Shown here: one piece after another, positions 26,819-41,811 of the stretch
Position numbering within the stretch: the stretch's first letter is position 1
Layout of the letters: each line of letters starts with the position of its first letter
Source of the DNA: Eledone cirrhosa
Taxonomy: Eukaryota
Direction of reading: 5' to 3'
NCBI GenBank assembly: GCA_964016885.1
Contig: OZ024740.1
Span: forward strand, 399,280,001 to 399,344,000
Length of the DNA: 64,000 nt
Position numbers and translations under genes: made by a program
The notes under the pieces: generated by a model
What the model was told of the DNA's origin: nothing
The model's database searches: none
The model's input: the letters and a program-made list of their open reading frames with translations, nothing else

Positions 26819-26915
<97 letters not shown>

Positions 26916-27155
26916 TATACACATATACGCAACACGCACACACACACAAATAAATATCTAAAAATAAAAAAATTGGGTATGTGAAGGGTAAGGCAGAAAG
27001 TAGAGGGGGGGGGGGAATAAGGAAAATAAATGACATAGGAAAAGGTTTAAATATAAGGGGAGATAAGGGAGAAAAAGAATACGAGAGTACAGAAAGTGAA
27101 TTCAGAAGGTAAAAAAACCGTAGTGGATGTAAGGCGTAGAGAGCAGAGAAGGAGT

Positions 27156-27660
27156 TCAAGGTGGTTGAGTTATCGTAGGAATGTCAATCCAGTTACAGAT
27201 CAGATGTGATTTCAGGTGAGGACAACATCTGAAGATCTCGGTCTTTGAGTTCAGGCAAGCAGAAGTGGCTTTCAAATTTTGTAAAATCCTAAATTTTTCA
27301 GTGGTACACAAAGAACAATTCTTTGTGCCCCTTTGGTACTCCCTCGAATGGTCTAAAATAGACCATTCGATAGAGTACGGGATGTTTTTATCCTTGAATT
27401 CCCACACTTTACTTGCGAGGACCGTTGCTGTTCTTTTATCGGAGTGCTTAAAAGAAGCGACACGTGCATAAAACCTGGTTTTAAACCTGTCCTGGGTCAT
27501 GCCAACATATCGTTCACTCCTGGCTGGCTGGTTGTTGATTAAAGATGTTATTTTAGCCTCATATACAACGGATTTGGTGTTACATTTGCCCTGTAATGGG
27601 AATTCATCCGGCTTCCTGCAACTGCATCCTGGATTTATTCTCGTACGAATTGAATTAGAC
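27156..27660 (-). mobile_element. Penelope-like (Naiad-like) GIY-YIG endonuclease fragment
   Basis: The frame extends upstream of the listed ORF: GCSCRK..PLQGKC..VVYEAKI...RYVGMTQDRFKTR...CSLCTTEK...LNSK...CCPH. Confidence 0.88.
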
Positions 27661-27666
27661 TGACCG

Positions 27667-27858
27667 ATTAGAACTAAGATTGACCTATCACAATGGTTAA
27701 ATACATCCTCTGTTATTTCTTGGTTTAATAATATACAAGGTAAAAATAAGTGTAGATTTACCCAATTTGATATTGTTGATTTTTACCCCTCTATTACTGT
27801 TTCCTTGTTAACTAATGCCTTAGAGTTTGCAAGACCCTTCATTAATATTTCTACACCA
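27667..27858 (+). mobile_element. Penelope-like RT fragment in inverted orientation (unit 2: 56052-56243)
   Basis: IRTKIDLSQWLNTSSVISWFNNIQGKNKCRFTQFDIVDFYPSITVSLLTNALEFA is homologous to the RT at 11799-12460. Confidence 0.82.
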
Positions 27859-28055
27859 ATAAATACACCAGGATTTTTTCATTCTGATGATTGAAAGCAA
27901 AATTTGTTTGCTTTTAAGAAACCACTGGTAAATGAAATAATTGCCTTATGTTGTTTATTACATAACTATTAAGCTCTGTTACCTACATAGAGCACTCTTT
28001 TTTCCTGGACCTTTCCGACGGAATTACTTCATTTACACACACAGACACACACACA

Positions 28056-28151
<96 letters not shown>

Positions 28152-29056
28152 TATGTATGTATGTATGTATGTATGTATGTATGTATGTATGTATGTATGT
28201 ATGTATGTATGTATGCATGTATGTATGTATCCAATGATGTTGACTTGTTCTTTTTGGTTAATATCATCCTGGTTAAGAGAGTGGGACTGGCTTTGTGCAG
28301 TGCCTTTGCTCACTACAAAAGCTTCACGGCACAGGCATTGCTTTGTATCTGAAGATCTCTCTGCACTTGTCGTCACGTGGTGCCATGGGCCCAGCACTAT
28401 GTGTCAATAATTGTCATAATAATTTGTACCAGAGTTTCAAGTCGTTGGCTGGACTAAAAGTCACACTTGTTTAGCGCATCGGTAAGGGTTCTCCTACATG
28501 GATATAAGGTAGTGGCCGTACTCGAAAACGAGTTGGCAGCCACCATGTATCTATGTATCTATGTATGTATGTACATATCCCTGTCTCTGTCTCAGCTTTT
28601 CTTTTCTACTCTGGAAGAAATTTGCTGCTCTCCGGCTTGGAGAGGGATAAACTCCGCCAGGTTTAAAATACCCTAGAGACGCCGTATGTCAATACGGCGC
28701 CCCTACGACTCTAATAGGTAAAAAAAAATGCATGAGGCCGAATGGTAAGTGTAGTGACCCCACGTATTCTTAGGCTAGGAAACTGACGGTTCGTTTGTCA
28801 TGTCGTAGACTGTTACAGCTTCGCCTCTACAAAGAGGATATTACCCCTGAAATATCATGCTGAAATATACTGGGTAAAACATTTCTTTGTTTTGTTCTCC
28901 TTTTCATTTACATCATCTGCCCTTCGTATTTTTCTACCGCATTGTATCGGCTTTAAGTAAAAAACTATCGGATTTTTACTACAAATCTCACAATGTTTTG
29001 CAATAACTAAACTACTCTCTCTCTGTGTCTCTCTCTCTCATCTCTCTCTCTCTCTC

Positions 29057-29101
<45 letters not shown>

Positions 29102-30135
29102 CGTAGTGAAAAATCAGAAAGTTTATCTCCAAAATTGATAGAGCACTCAGTCCAAAGGAGGAGTTCGGTGTAGAGTTAATTCCACAATTACAGAATACTT
29201 GGAAAGATGTGAGTTGAAAATCCTATTTAGGTGAAACACTTGTTGTATGGTTTGGTAATTGTTGTGGAATTAATTCTTTCTCACTCTCTCTCATCTCTCT
29301 CTCTTTCTCTCTATAGTGTGTATATAATAGTATAATAGTTTAATAATTTCAATAATACAATGTTGTAATAATTATAGTCAAATAGAACATGAATTATGTA
29401 TCAGTGCTGGGATAGGCTAGCAGCTTTGATTCTGACATTTAAAAAATGACATATCATGAACATGCACACAAACTCATTAGAATTTGACATCAGTGATGAT
29501 AATTAACCTTAACTTGTTCCGTGGGTCATCCACGGTTGGAAAAAATTAAGATACAATAATTACTATGGTATGTTTCCTTCATCATCATTGTATTATTTGA
29601 ATCATTATATTTTATTTTAACATTCTCATAATTTACATCATAATTTAGTACTTCTTTAGATACCATGTTTAGTGATAGTCTTTCTACGTTTTTCCTTGTT
29701 TATTGGTATTAAGAATATAAAACAGAGCAAATTTTCTAGCAACGGAAACAAAATATAAAGTTATAACTAAACAAATTGCATATAAAGAAATATTAAATTA
29801 ATGAATTCATGTGTTTTAATGATAACTAATAGTATAATAATTTCAATAATACCATGATGTAATAATTATAATGATATAACAATGAAATGATTGTAACAAT
29901 ATTAATTCTATTTTCTTTCTCACCTATCCATCCAGAGGTGATAAATTACTTTGACAAAATTGTCTGAATGTACAAATAAATGTCAGAATAATTATTGTGT
30001 TTTAATTGTCAACAGCCGTAGAATTCCCACTTGTTCAGTTAGAAATAATATTAATATTACAGAGAAAATAAATTTGTAGATAGTTTCATGTGTTTAGTGC
30101 ATATGTGTAGGAAACTTGAATATTGGAAATCTTAC

Positions 30136-30241
30136 CTCATTTTGTATCAAATTATGATAGCCAAAAAAGCAAATATTTCTCTCTCTTTGGTAACCGGTTT
30201 ATGTTTCTATATATTTATATATTCCAAAACGATACAGTACA
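30136..30241 (-). CDS. TLR: Putative first coding exon of TLR copy 1 (5' UTR plus ATG AG at 30140-30136)
   Basis: ctaatctgtcttcag acceptor and AAAATGAG|GTAAGA donor. The join to 17491 reads in frame: ATG AGC CAG AAA TAT ATG TGC (MSQKYMC). Confidence 0.6.
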
Positions 30242-32451
30242 CTGAAGACAGATTAGTTTAATGTTTTATACAGTAGGAAATGTATATATCTTCTTCTGGT
30301 TTCATAATTTCTCAAATTTTTGCCAATAGAGAGAGAGCCGGTTTCTTACATAGATACAAGACTCTTTCATTGGAATTTACACAACATCAACTTGGTGGAT
30401 ATGTCTGCATGTCTGCATGCATGCAGACATTGTTATTGTATATGTGGATGTGTACGTATATGTGTGGATATGTATGTATGTATAATATATGATTGACTGT
30501 AGTTGATACATATGATATATATGATTGTCTAGATTTGAGTAGAGCGACATATATTTCCTGTTTTTGAAAAAATTGCCGCTTCCTGTTTTTGAAAAAAATA
30601 CTTTCTTCTCAAGTATATTTTAGGTGTCTCCTAAATGTTGATGTGATAGAAACAATACTATGGCAATTGTTAGGTTCAGGTGGTGCTTCTTCTTTGATGT
30701 TTGTGTGTCTGTTATCGGGATAAAACATTGAGAATTTTCGCGATATTCTCCATAGAATCCATTTCGATTATATTGATTCTGTTCGTTACATTCCAGGCAT
30801 GCTGGCGTGTATACAATGAAAATAAATATAGTTCACAATTTCTACTATTGTGCACAGGTGATATATTATTTAAGCAAATTTCAATGATTTCAATGATTTC
30901 TACCCAAACAAAAATATTCAACCCTTTTTATAGAAAAAAGTATATATAAGACTATTAGTATAATTCAAGATTTACATTCTATTACAGAATTTTCCAAAAT
31001 ACTTCCTATATTCTTCGTTTCCAAGCATATTTAAACTCAGACATTACGGTCTGTTTAGTTAACCCTTAAGATGTGATGTGCGGCCGATTGTCGCGCTTGG
31101 TGGTGAATTTATGGTTGTTTTTTTACTTCTCTCTTTTATGAGTTTATATTTGTGTTTATTAACGACATTATATCTGTAAGATTTATCGTATTTAAATCCA
31201 TTTCCGTACACTGCGCTATAACTATGACTTTACAAACTTTGTAGTGATTAAAACTAATTAATTGATTTGAATTTCCAAATTCGTACAACTTGCTCTCCCA
31301 ATTAACATCACATATATAAGCATTATTGTTCAACTCTCATTGTAATCTCTAGCAAATATTAATCATTTTGAAATAACCATGTGTAGCGAATAACCATGTG
31401 TAGCTTAAAAGGTTAGTATGCGTTTTGTTAGATTGTTTTTTATTTAATTACATATATTTTTTAATTAAGTTTTATTATATACATAAATTTCCAGTTTTAT
31501 ATATAACATTAAAAATATTGTTATACTTTGGGAGGGTCATGTTGCCAATAAGAAACACACGCACCAGATGCTTTCACTTCAATTTATTATAATAAATTTA
31601 TAAATTTATAAATTCATAAATTTAGGAATTTATAGATTTCTAGATGATTGTTTATATATTGTCAAAGTTCTTTCGTCACACATTCTGTGATCTCTTCAGT
31701 GATTCTTTGTTTTTGTGCCTCTCCTTTGTTCTGTCCTACACCATCTTGTTTTGTGTGTGTGTGTTGCGTGCTTAGTTTGCACATGTGTTACATCCGGGTG
31801 TCTGTGTGTGTTTATATTCGTTTATTTATTTGTTTATTTACATGTTACTGGTTGGTTGTTTGTTCTATGTGCGTGTGTGCTTTCATTTTGTCCTTAATTG
31901 TAAGTTGTGATGTTGCTGTTCCACTCATGTTTTCTATTTAATTTTGGTTGGAGTTCATTTATGTTTATTGCCTCTGTGATTTGTCTAAACATTGCGTTTT
32001 TTTTTTTTTTTTTTTTTAAATGTTTTAAATGTATACATAAATTTTAGGAAAATATATTTTCAAGTTAGTTATAATAAAAATATAATAGTATAATGCTTAC
32101 AGACCGAAAATACAAACACATAATATATATAGGGTGGTCACTGAATGACTGAATGATATAAAACAAAAATAACTTTTACAAACACACGTCTTTTAAACTT
32201 TTTTATTATTTTATTTGGAAATATAAGTAATAGATATTTTTCAGTATTATGTGTGAAAAGCAACAAGGAATGCTCTATAACCTTAAAAAACCCCAGAAAA
32301 AAAAAGATTGAAACCGAACAAGTTTTCCAGTGGCCCCCTGTACAAATATAAACGCAAAAAGAGATACAAATACATAAAAAAGATGATAAAAGAAGGGGCA
32401 GTGCAATTCACCACCAAGTACGACAATCGGCTGAACATCACATCATAAGGG

Positions 32452-32650
32452 TTAACTAAACACTTTTAGGCAAGCCAATACGCTCACAACATTGCCACGG
32501 GTGATGGCGAGGCTATGGCGCTGAAAATACCTGGCACCCTCACATGCATCACCTGACGCCTCAGTAAGGCGAGACGCCAGTGATGACAAGAACTTCGTTG
32601 TCAGTGGCTCCACTTCACCTAACGTCTCGAACACCACAGGCTGGAAAAAA
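32452..32650 (-). mobile_element. CRE-like fragment, unit 2
   Basis: Copy of 3917-4115. Confidence 0.6.
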
Positions 32651-32709
32651 TAATTATAAGCATTTTCCATAAAAAATTTCAAATTTCTCGTTTAAGAATG
32701 GTTAATACA

Positions 32710-32950
32710 TCAATCTTTTATCTGTATTGAATGTTTTAGACTTTTCCAGAATATCACTTCAGCAATCTCATTTTCATGCGGAAATTTAATGTAACTCTGA
32801 TTCTTTATCTGTTCAAGAATTGGTAAAGGTAATAGTCTGTGGGGTATCTCCTCCAGTACGACAATAATTACTATATTTCTTTCAGTATGAATATATTCCA
32901 TTTTAGCTAAGTTATATTCAAACATACACCATTTGCTTTCCAGGAAATAT
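32710..32950 (-). CDS. TLR: Toll-like receptor copy 2, terminal TIR exon
   Basis: Same acceptor and peptide as 4175-4415. Confidence 0.92.
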
Positions 32951-33324
32951 CTGTAAAAGAACGTAAAACATAATATAAGTATTGTGTACCTACACGCACA
33001 GATATATACATATATGTATGTGTGTAGCGAAATCTGCCCGCACCTTGATCCCTGGGTGACACTTAACGGTCAAATTCTGGGTTACCTCTTTTTTGGCGTA
33101 AAAACAAGTCAATCGTGAGAGATCCCGCGAGGCAGGGGACAGAGGAAGCGACAGATATAAATATCCTGTCTTAGACCAGGCAAAATGCAGTTCGGAGCAG
33201 TCCCTGATAGAGTAACTATGTAAAACATTTGCTTTCTACAGACCTCTTGGGGTCTACAGACCATTTACTCTCTCTTCTGGTCTTACAGACTCTCATCTTC
33301 TCTTGACACAGACTATTTCAGTAT

Positions 33325-35510
33325 AACAAAATAGCAACAAAAAAACAGAGACAACACCCCTGAAGAACACAGCCCTACCCCATCCCACTCCATCAAACAC
33401 TACCACAAACACACACACACCGAAACACCACCACCACACAACATGCCCCTACCCCACACTCCTAACGATGATTATTCATCGACGGATGAAGCTGCTTCTC
33501 CTTCTTTAAGTGAAGAAGAGGGAAAGCCGCTGAAATCTAAAAACAAAAAAAAAGAGACATCACAAAACCCGCCAAACTCCAATCACCAACACCAACACAC
33601 AACCAGAGACACAAACAACAACACCACAGTCAAAGATCACCCTACCAGCAAAACAAACACCAACACCACCCCAAACACAAGCACCCACCATAAAAAGAAA
33701 ACTCCCGGACAAACAACAAACTAAAACAACACAACAAAAACAAAAACAACAATACGCATACATCAACACAAACAACAAGAGTTTGATGGAGGTCATCTCC
33801 CAAAACTCCAAGGTGGAGACGGAGGGCAAAACCTTCGTCAAGGCAGAATCGTCTCCACACCTTAAAGTTATAAGAGTTTCTATGGAAACCTATAATGACC
33901 TGAAAAATAAATTTTCACAGGACGAGGGCAACCCCTGCCAGAAACCCATCAACCGCGTCCTGTTAAAATGTTTCACCACCCCACCCAACACCCCATCCAG
34001 CACCCAAATGGAGATTGAACAACCCGATCTCCAGGAAACGAAAAGATAAGTGCACCTTTCGTCCTTTTTCTCCAACTCTTCTTCACCAACATGGCTAGAA
34101 TGTGCCTGGCCTAGGGATGCCCTGGAAACAGGGCCAACTTTTAAACGACCTTAGGTCACACGGTATGGATGTGATAGCCATCACCGAGTCCAGGATCCAC
34201 AACAGGTAGCAACTAACCCCATCTTCGACGACTTTGAGATGTACGCATCTCTCTGTCAGCCAGGAGGTGGAGGGGGAGTGGCTGTCATGTTTCGGAAGAA
34301 CCTGGACGTCGAAGTACAGCAAGTACACTTGGACCCGGAGGGTAGACTGGTAGTCCTAGACGTGAACAGTATTGGAGGTGGAGCCTTCAGACTGGTGGCC
34401 GTTTATGACCCCACCGGGCAATCGCAATCACGGCCAGACTTCTTTAAGCGTCTAGAGTCTTTTCTGGTAACGTCTTGCTCCTTACTTTTAGTGGGGGACT
34501 GGAATGGGATCCTAGATGCACGATGGGACTATGTGGGAGCATGTTGCAGTAGAGGGGCGCGCAACAGCCTCAAAACTTTAATCAGCCAATTCCAACTGGC
34601 CGATAGGTATCGACTGGATTTTCCGACTGCACCAGAGTGGACGTGGGCAAACCGCAGCGGGACATCTAGATCGTATTTAGATAGGTTCTTCATTAGAGAA
34701 AGGGACAAAGAGATGTTAAGCTGTCCACGAATGCACATGGTTGCCTATTCAGATCACAAATTAGTCGTCTGCTTAGTCAACCGTGATAGAATACATAGAC
34801 AAGGACCCGGATACTGGAAGCTGAATGTGTCGTTGCCGGCACGTAAAGCTTACAGTTAACGGATAAGTAGACTAGTCAAGCAACAGTTAACGGGAGCCAT
34901 CGTCAACAATAAATGGTGGTACTCTCTCAAGAAAGCAATTAGAATAGAATCGATATGGTTTAGCAGAGAGTTAGCCTTAGAGAAAAACAAAATAGAAAGA
35001 GAACTATTAGCCAAGGTAGAGGAGGCACTTAGAAGTGGTAACGCGGCTAGAGTGTTAGCGTCGAGAACAGCACTGGACCAGTTCTTCGATGCGAAACACG
35101 AAGGCTGCGTGGTCAGAAGCAAAACACGTGCTCTAGGAAACGAAGGAGCAAAAGCTGTCAGCTGGGCCCGAGTGGCGGAGGCGAAAAGTGGCAACAAGTC
35201 CACGATTCGGTCTTTGAAAGACCAAAACGGACACGTGCTACTTGACCCCAAGGAAATGTGAGCGGTCTTTCAGCAGCACTTTGCGCGATTGTTTGAGCAG
35301 AACGACGGTGAGCCGAACGGGGCAATGGACTTTAGTTCATACCTCGACGGCCTGCCGCGTCTCTCGAACACGGACGCCGTGTTCTGCGATAGACCAATCA
35401 CGGACACTGAGATACGGGACGCTCTGAGCCGCTGCGGGAAACGCAAGTCACCCGGTCTAGATGGTCTACCCTATGAGGTTTACATAGGCATGCCGGACTT
35501 GTTCTCTGGC
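33325..35510 (+). mobile_element. Decayed L1/Tx1-like LINE, unit 2
   Basis: Copy of 4790-6975. Confidence 0.88.
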
Positions 35511-36238
35511 CATTCTTGTCACACTTTGCGTAAAACTGATCTTATCTGAGGGTACACGTAATGTGAATTATTTAACAATCTATACGTTAATTCATGAGTC
35601 GGTGTTTAAATGATGGAACAACTGAGCGGACATCGTCAAAACCGACGGACAAATCAATTATCTTCATTGTTACTTATGAAATTATCTTCTTAAATCTGAT
35701 TCAGAGTGATTGTCTTATAAATATTGGTTTCTCAAATTTTTAAAATATTGATTTCTAGCATAAGCACAATATCTGAAAGATGATGGGTGGGTATAATCGA
35801 TTTAATCGACTGCAGTACTTGGTTCTATCGACGGAAAAAAAATGAAAGAGTAACCTGATCTTGGTGGGATTTGAACTAAGAATATATAGGTAGATAACTA
35901 AACACCGCGGATCATGTTCATCATTCTCCTGATTCTGTTTACTGTCTTTTTAATATTACCAGTTGTTTAGTTTAATCACTATAATAAGTTAAAATAATGT
36001 AAAAAATTCCACATTTCAACAACCTTTAATTCCTAACATATACTACTTGAAAAATACTGATATTGCTATTTTAGCAATGTATCTAGTTTCTCTTAAACGT
36101 CTCAGCTATTAAATCATTGAATTACGCCAAAGTATTAAAGGAGAAACAAAACAATTCCTTAATATATTACTGCATATAGTGCTTCTTAATAAAGTCAAAT
36201 ATATACCCACATGTAAACAAAAATAGCCAAAGAAACAC

Positions 36239-36301
<63 letters not shown>

Positions 36302-36387
36302 TTAACTGTTTAGATCAGTTGATAACACAACCATATAAAAACAAATAATAATACAAAGCTCAAATGTGATTTATAGTCCTCAACAAA

Positions 36388-36457
<70 letters not shown>

Positions 36458-37326
36458 CAGTATATAGAGAGAAATACACAAAAAATAATTCAGAGCTCAA
36501 ATGTGATTTTATAGTCCTCAACAAAATAGGTAGAAGAGAGCTCAGAGTTTAATCCCATCGGTAAATTTCCTGTCACAGTAGTTCTACAATATCACAGAAC
36601 ATATATAAAATAAATCAAAATAACTGAATTAAATTACACTAAATTATATAATTGATTTACGAAGGGGAATGAGGGACAATATAAAATCTACACTATTTCC
36701 AGGTATAATAATTATTATCGGATGGTTAGTATATTTTAATTTATTCTTTTAATTGATCTGTATTCTCCTTTCTTTTTGTAAAAAATATCTTTTTCATTCT
36801 CGTGGTTCTCCATCCCCTATGATTAAACACATACCTCTTTGTATATTTCTCTCTATATAATGATTTATAAAGAGCCGAGAATCTATTTCTTGAGCTCATC
36901 AAATTATAGGTCATTAACGTGAGTCTTTAACTCCGTTTTTTAATTTGATATATTTAAATATATAAATATACATACATATTTATATATATTTGGATGGTTA
37001 GCATGTTTGAGCCATATATTTTTTAAATAAAAAGAAATTCAAACACAAACTGGCGCGAAAGCTGATGTGCTTATTCACGTGACTGCATGAACCAACCAAA
37101 CTTCACTAATATATGAAAAAACAACCCGAGCACCCCCCTTTTTTTGAAGGAAAATTATAATAACTTTGTAACGCGAACTGGCGCGAAATTTATTATACTT
37201 ATTCATCAACCAACCAAATTACTTCTCTAAAAACCTCGCATTACGAGCCACTTTTTCCCATATAAAACAGAAGTAACATTCAAAGACCAACCAGATGTGA
37301 GAAAAACCACAAACCCTCCATCACAA

Positions 37327-37370
37327 TTCTACTTTTGAAAAGCAGAAGAACTGCGAAACCGGTAAAGGAA
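37327..37370 (+). ncRNA. Minimal type I hammerhead ribozyme, U3-A8 variant, unit 2
   Basis: Identical to 8924-8967. Confidence 0.75.
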
Positions 37371-37451
37371 CCAAATAAATATATATTTAAAAAAAAAAGA
37401 CTCCAGTTGCATTTTCAATTTCATCTTTTTTCCTTATATATATATATATAT

Positions 37452-38099
37452 ATATATAAGAAAGTAAGTCCATAGAATCATTAGATAAAATATATACAGT
37501 ATTTCTTCTCCCAATCAACATAATCAACCATACAAAGATCATTTAAACGAGGCTATAAGTTTAAAATATACCTATGAAGAAATAATAGATAAATAAATGA
37601 TAGCTTTTTATCCGCGATTCACAGCCACAGAAAATTTATTAATTCTTAGCCATTTTGAATTCGTTTCTGGCGGGGATCATTTAAGAAATATCTTTGTCCA
37701 ATTGAGTTTGTCTCCTGATGATTTCGAAACTCGTTGATTTATCCAAGATCGGATATTTCCAAAAAGCGAATGAAATCCCAGGGGGTAGAGATATATTTGA
37801 TGATTTTGGTATGTTTATGTACATTTTTTTCTTCTAACTTTGATTTTGTACCTAATTATGTATGGTTAACTGTATGTCTAGTCAATTTCTACAGGCTATT
37901 AGAAATACTAGGTCAATTTTCAGTCGCTGTGAATCGCGGATAAAAAGCTATCATTTATTTATCTATTATTTCTTCATGGGTATATTTAAAACTTATAGCT
38001 GCGTTTAAATGATCTTTGTATGGTTGATTATGCTGATTGGGAGAAGAAATACTGTATATATTTTATCTAATGATTCTATGGACTTACTTTCTTATATAT
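37452..38099. mobile_element. Fold-back element, unit 2
   Basis: Copy of 9045-9692. Confidence 0.8.
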
Positions 38100-38232
38100 T
38101 GCTCTGATCGTTGATTATTTAAGTAATTAATTCGTCATTGAGCCACATCGTGAAAGGTTGCCAAAACCATATATATCTATATATCTAAGGCTCTGTCTAG
38201 TTTATGTGTATGTAAACTTCTAAATTATATCT

Positions 38233-38342
<110 letters not shown>

Positions 38343-39358
38343 TAAAATAACAGATTAAAGTTTAAGCAAAGAATCGCTGCTTTCACTCTTAACGGGATCT
38401 TCTGAAACTAACAAAGTCAATCAGTAAACGCAGAAGTTGATATTTCAAAAAACGTTGCAGTCGGAGGAAGACAGGAAGACGATACTTTGATTCGTGGAAA
38501 CGTTCCCTGGCAAAGAACGGGAAAAACGAATATAATACGTCATTAATATGAGCGGTGAAAAACAATTACGCGCAAAGACAGAACCACGTAAATGGTATAA
38601 AAGAGGTCGTAGACTAATGTTCTCTTAGGTGGTTCATAGAGACGTTCTCTGGCAATGAACGGAAAAAACGAAGATAATACGTCATATGTGGAGCGTGGAG
38701 AACAATTACACGCAAAGACAAAACCACGTAAATGGTATAGCTGAAGTCGTAGACTAAAATTCTAACTAGGAAACCGAATGAATCTCCGCTTCAGAGTTAA
38801 GAATAAAGTAAATAAAATACAATACAGAGGTAATAGAAATTAAATAAATACATACACGCATGCAAATACGTACATACACAGGCATACGCGAAAACACTTG
38901 CCATAGGTATACAAAACCACGCACATATAAATATGTGTGTGTGTGTATGCGTGTATACAAATAAATAAATAATTAAATAAACGTATATAAATAAATCAAT
39001 ACGCATATAACAAGCATACACACATACCTACATGTAAATACACAAATGTTCGGATACGTACGTCAACCAAAACATGAAGTACACATATACACACACACAC
39101 ACACAATACATACGTACGAACCTGCATACTCACACAGATGCAAAACTCCCGTATACACATAGCCAAACCATATGTACCAGAATATATAAAAAATTATACG
39201 CCATAACATATACATTTAAATATACATACGAGAAAATATACGTACCTTCACAAAACATACAGGTAATATATACTTACCTATGCAAATAAGTAATGGTATA
39301 AACAAAACATATACTTAGCTACCACATCAAGACGTAAAATATCCACGTATAGATCGTA

Positions 39359-40901
39359 CTATCCGTTAGGGTATAACGTGGGGCTGTAATACAGGAAAGT
39401 TTTGTGCAATTTACGTTTACAAGCCGAAATTGCCTCATATTTTTTGTTTAAGATGTGGTCTGTGGCGTAGAGTATTTCCAGGGCCTCAGCGGCGCAGAGG
39501 TCACATGGTCTTTTATTTCCGTTATACGATATAGCCCTAGCTAGGATCTCCCAGTGTAACTTATATTGGGTGTGGTTGTCTTTTAGACGCCAGATATAAG
39601 CTGAAAGTGACGTCATATTCCTTCTTAGAGGGTAACGAAAAGAATGGGTATGCATGTAAAGACGCTGCTTGAATCTATTGGCGGTTAACCCTATGTAGGC
39701 CCTACGGGACGTGGGTGTTTCAACCTTACATTTGTAGACAATGTTACTAGAGAGGCATTTCCCGGATAGGGGGCAATCAACTCGACTCCTACAATTACAG
39801 TTAGTACTAACTACAGGGTTGCACGCGTTCCTACGGCTAGGTAGTTTAGCTAAATTTGAAGCTGTGATGTTATGTGCAAGGTTAGGAGTCGTAGAGTAAG
39901 AAATTTTAATAGAATTTCTATTAACAATTTTACTACATTTATGTGTAGGGGGAAAATGCTTTGTAATAAGGGAAAGAAAGATCTTAGCTAATGGTGTGGC
40001 CACCTCCATATTATATGGTGGGTTATACCAACAAATGCGACGGGATCTATTTCTTCTAGGTCTAATCTCGTACTCTGTATATGCTACCTTATCGACAAAT
40101 CCACTCCGAGCAAGAGCTTCATTGTAATAAGTGGAATGGTCGTTGAAAATATGCTCGTTAGTAGATAGACGGGAAAGCCTCAACGAAACGTTTCTTACCA
40201 GGTTCTTGGTTATGCTGGCAGGATGGTTGGAATGCTTACTTATGTAATTAAGCGTATCATTCGGCTTTCTATACGGGTAATACAATCCATTCGATAAATT
40301 GAGGGTAACGTCGAGGTAATTAACGACCGAGAGATTGGCCTCAACCTGTATAGAGAGGTTGAAGCCTTTAAAGACGTGAGTTCTTTTCTGAACCTGTCGC
40401 AAGCACGAGGTCCGCACTTAGTCATGGTCAAAAGGCCATCATCACGGTACAAACCACCGCCCGCGTTGGGGAATTCGTCCTTAATAGAGAAAAGAAGGAA
40501 AAGGCCGATAAGATCAGTAACCTCCGCAGAATCGCTGGCGCCCATACTCACGTAGAATGGGGTACTATTGGATTTTTTAATCCAAATAGAGTCGTCGAAA
40601 TTAATCACCGACTTACGGGCATTGAGGATGACAACAACTTCGAAATCCTTAACCACCATGAGTGTTTTAGCGAAATTGATAGCTCTAAGGAGAAGTGGTA
40701 AAGTGATGGAGGAGTAGTAATTGTTGATGTCGAATTGGATAAAACGGCAATGTTCCTTGTTGCATATGCCGTTGAACCAATCAATCACCGCGAAAGAATT
40801 GTTCCACAGTGCAAGAGGGGCCAAACTTCTAATTTCAGGTATAATTCTATCAAGAATTTTTTTACTAAGTCTACCCAGATCGGACTTCGTAGGGTTAAAT
40901 A
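39359..40901 (-). mobile_element. Penelope-like retroelement, unit 2 copy
   Basis: Copy of 10918-12460; retains the GIY-YIG Arg (FKQRLY), which is His in unit 1. Confidence 0.92.
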
Positions 40902-41754
40902 TACAGTATATATATATATATATATGAATAAAGTGGTCCTTCATCAGTGATCATCCAACCATCATCGATATTTTTCTTCGCTTTAAAGACCAGCGAGAGT
41001 GTAAACAAACAAAGATGGTGAAGCAACGAAAAGTGAGGAAGAACGAGGCAAGTGCCAAATTTCCATGAATATAAGTTCGGTGAAATCGTGAACGAGAGAG
41101 AATAAAGACGATCAAACCTGGTTGAAATGTGAGCAAGGAAGAAATTCCGCACAGTTCTAACGGGAGGAAGAAGGGGTCTAGTCCGTGAATTCGGTGAACA
41201 TAAGTTCTGTGAAATCGTAGACGAGAGAGAGAAAAAATGCCGACCGGCCTGGCCAAGCGTGCGAAAGAAAAGAATTACGCACAGGTCAAACGGGAAGAAG
41301 GAGGAGGAGTAGAGGTAGTAACAGAGAGTGAGTGAGTGAAGGGTGAGGAAGAGGCTAACAGAGAGAGTGACTGTTAGAGAGGGTAAAGATATAGAGAAAG
41401 AGGAAGCAGTAAGAAGGAAATAGACGGGTCACAGCGGGGGAAAAAATATGAGTAAATATGAGAATAAACGTGCTGTGAAGTTGCAAATGGGTTACATATG
41501 AATAAAGTGGTCCTTCATCAGTGATCTTCCAACCATCATCGGTATTTCTTCGCTTTAAAGACCATATACCTCCGGTTGGTGCGAGCAACGGCTAAAGAAA
41601 GTTGTTGGGACACGCGAATAAAGGGAACAGCGAGAGTGTAAACAAACAAAGATGGTGAAGAAACGAAAAGTGAGGAAGAACGAGTCAAGTCCCAAATTTC
41701 CATGAATATAAGTTCGGTGAAATCGTGAACGAGAGTGAATAAAGACCATCAAAC

Positions 41755-41808
<54 letters not shown>

Positions 41809-41811
<3 letters not shown>

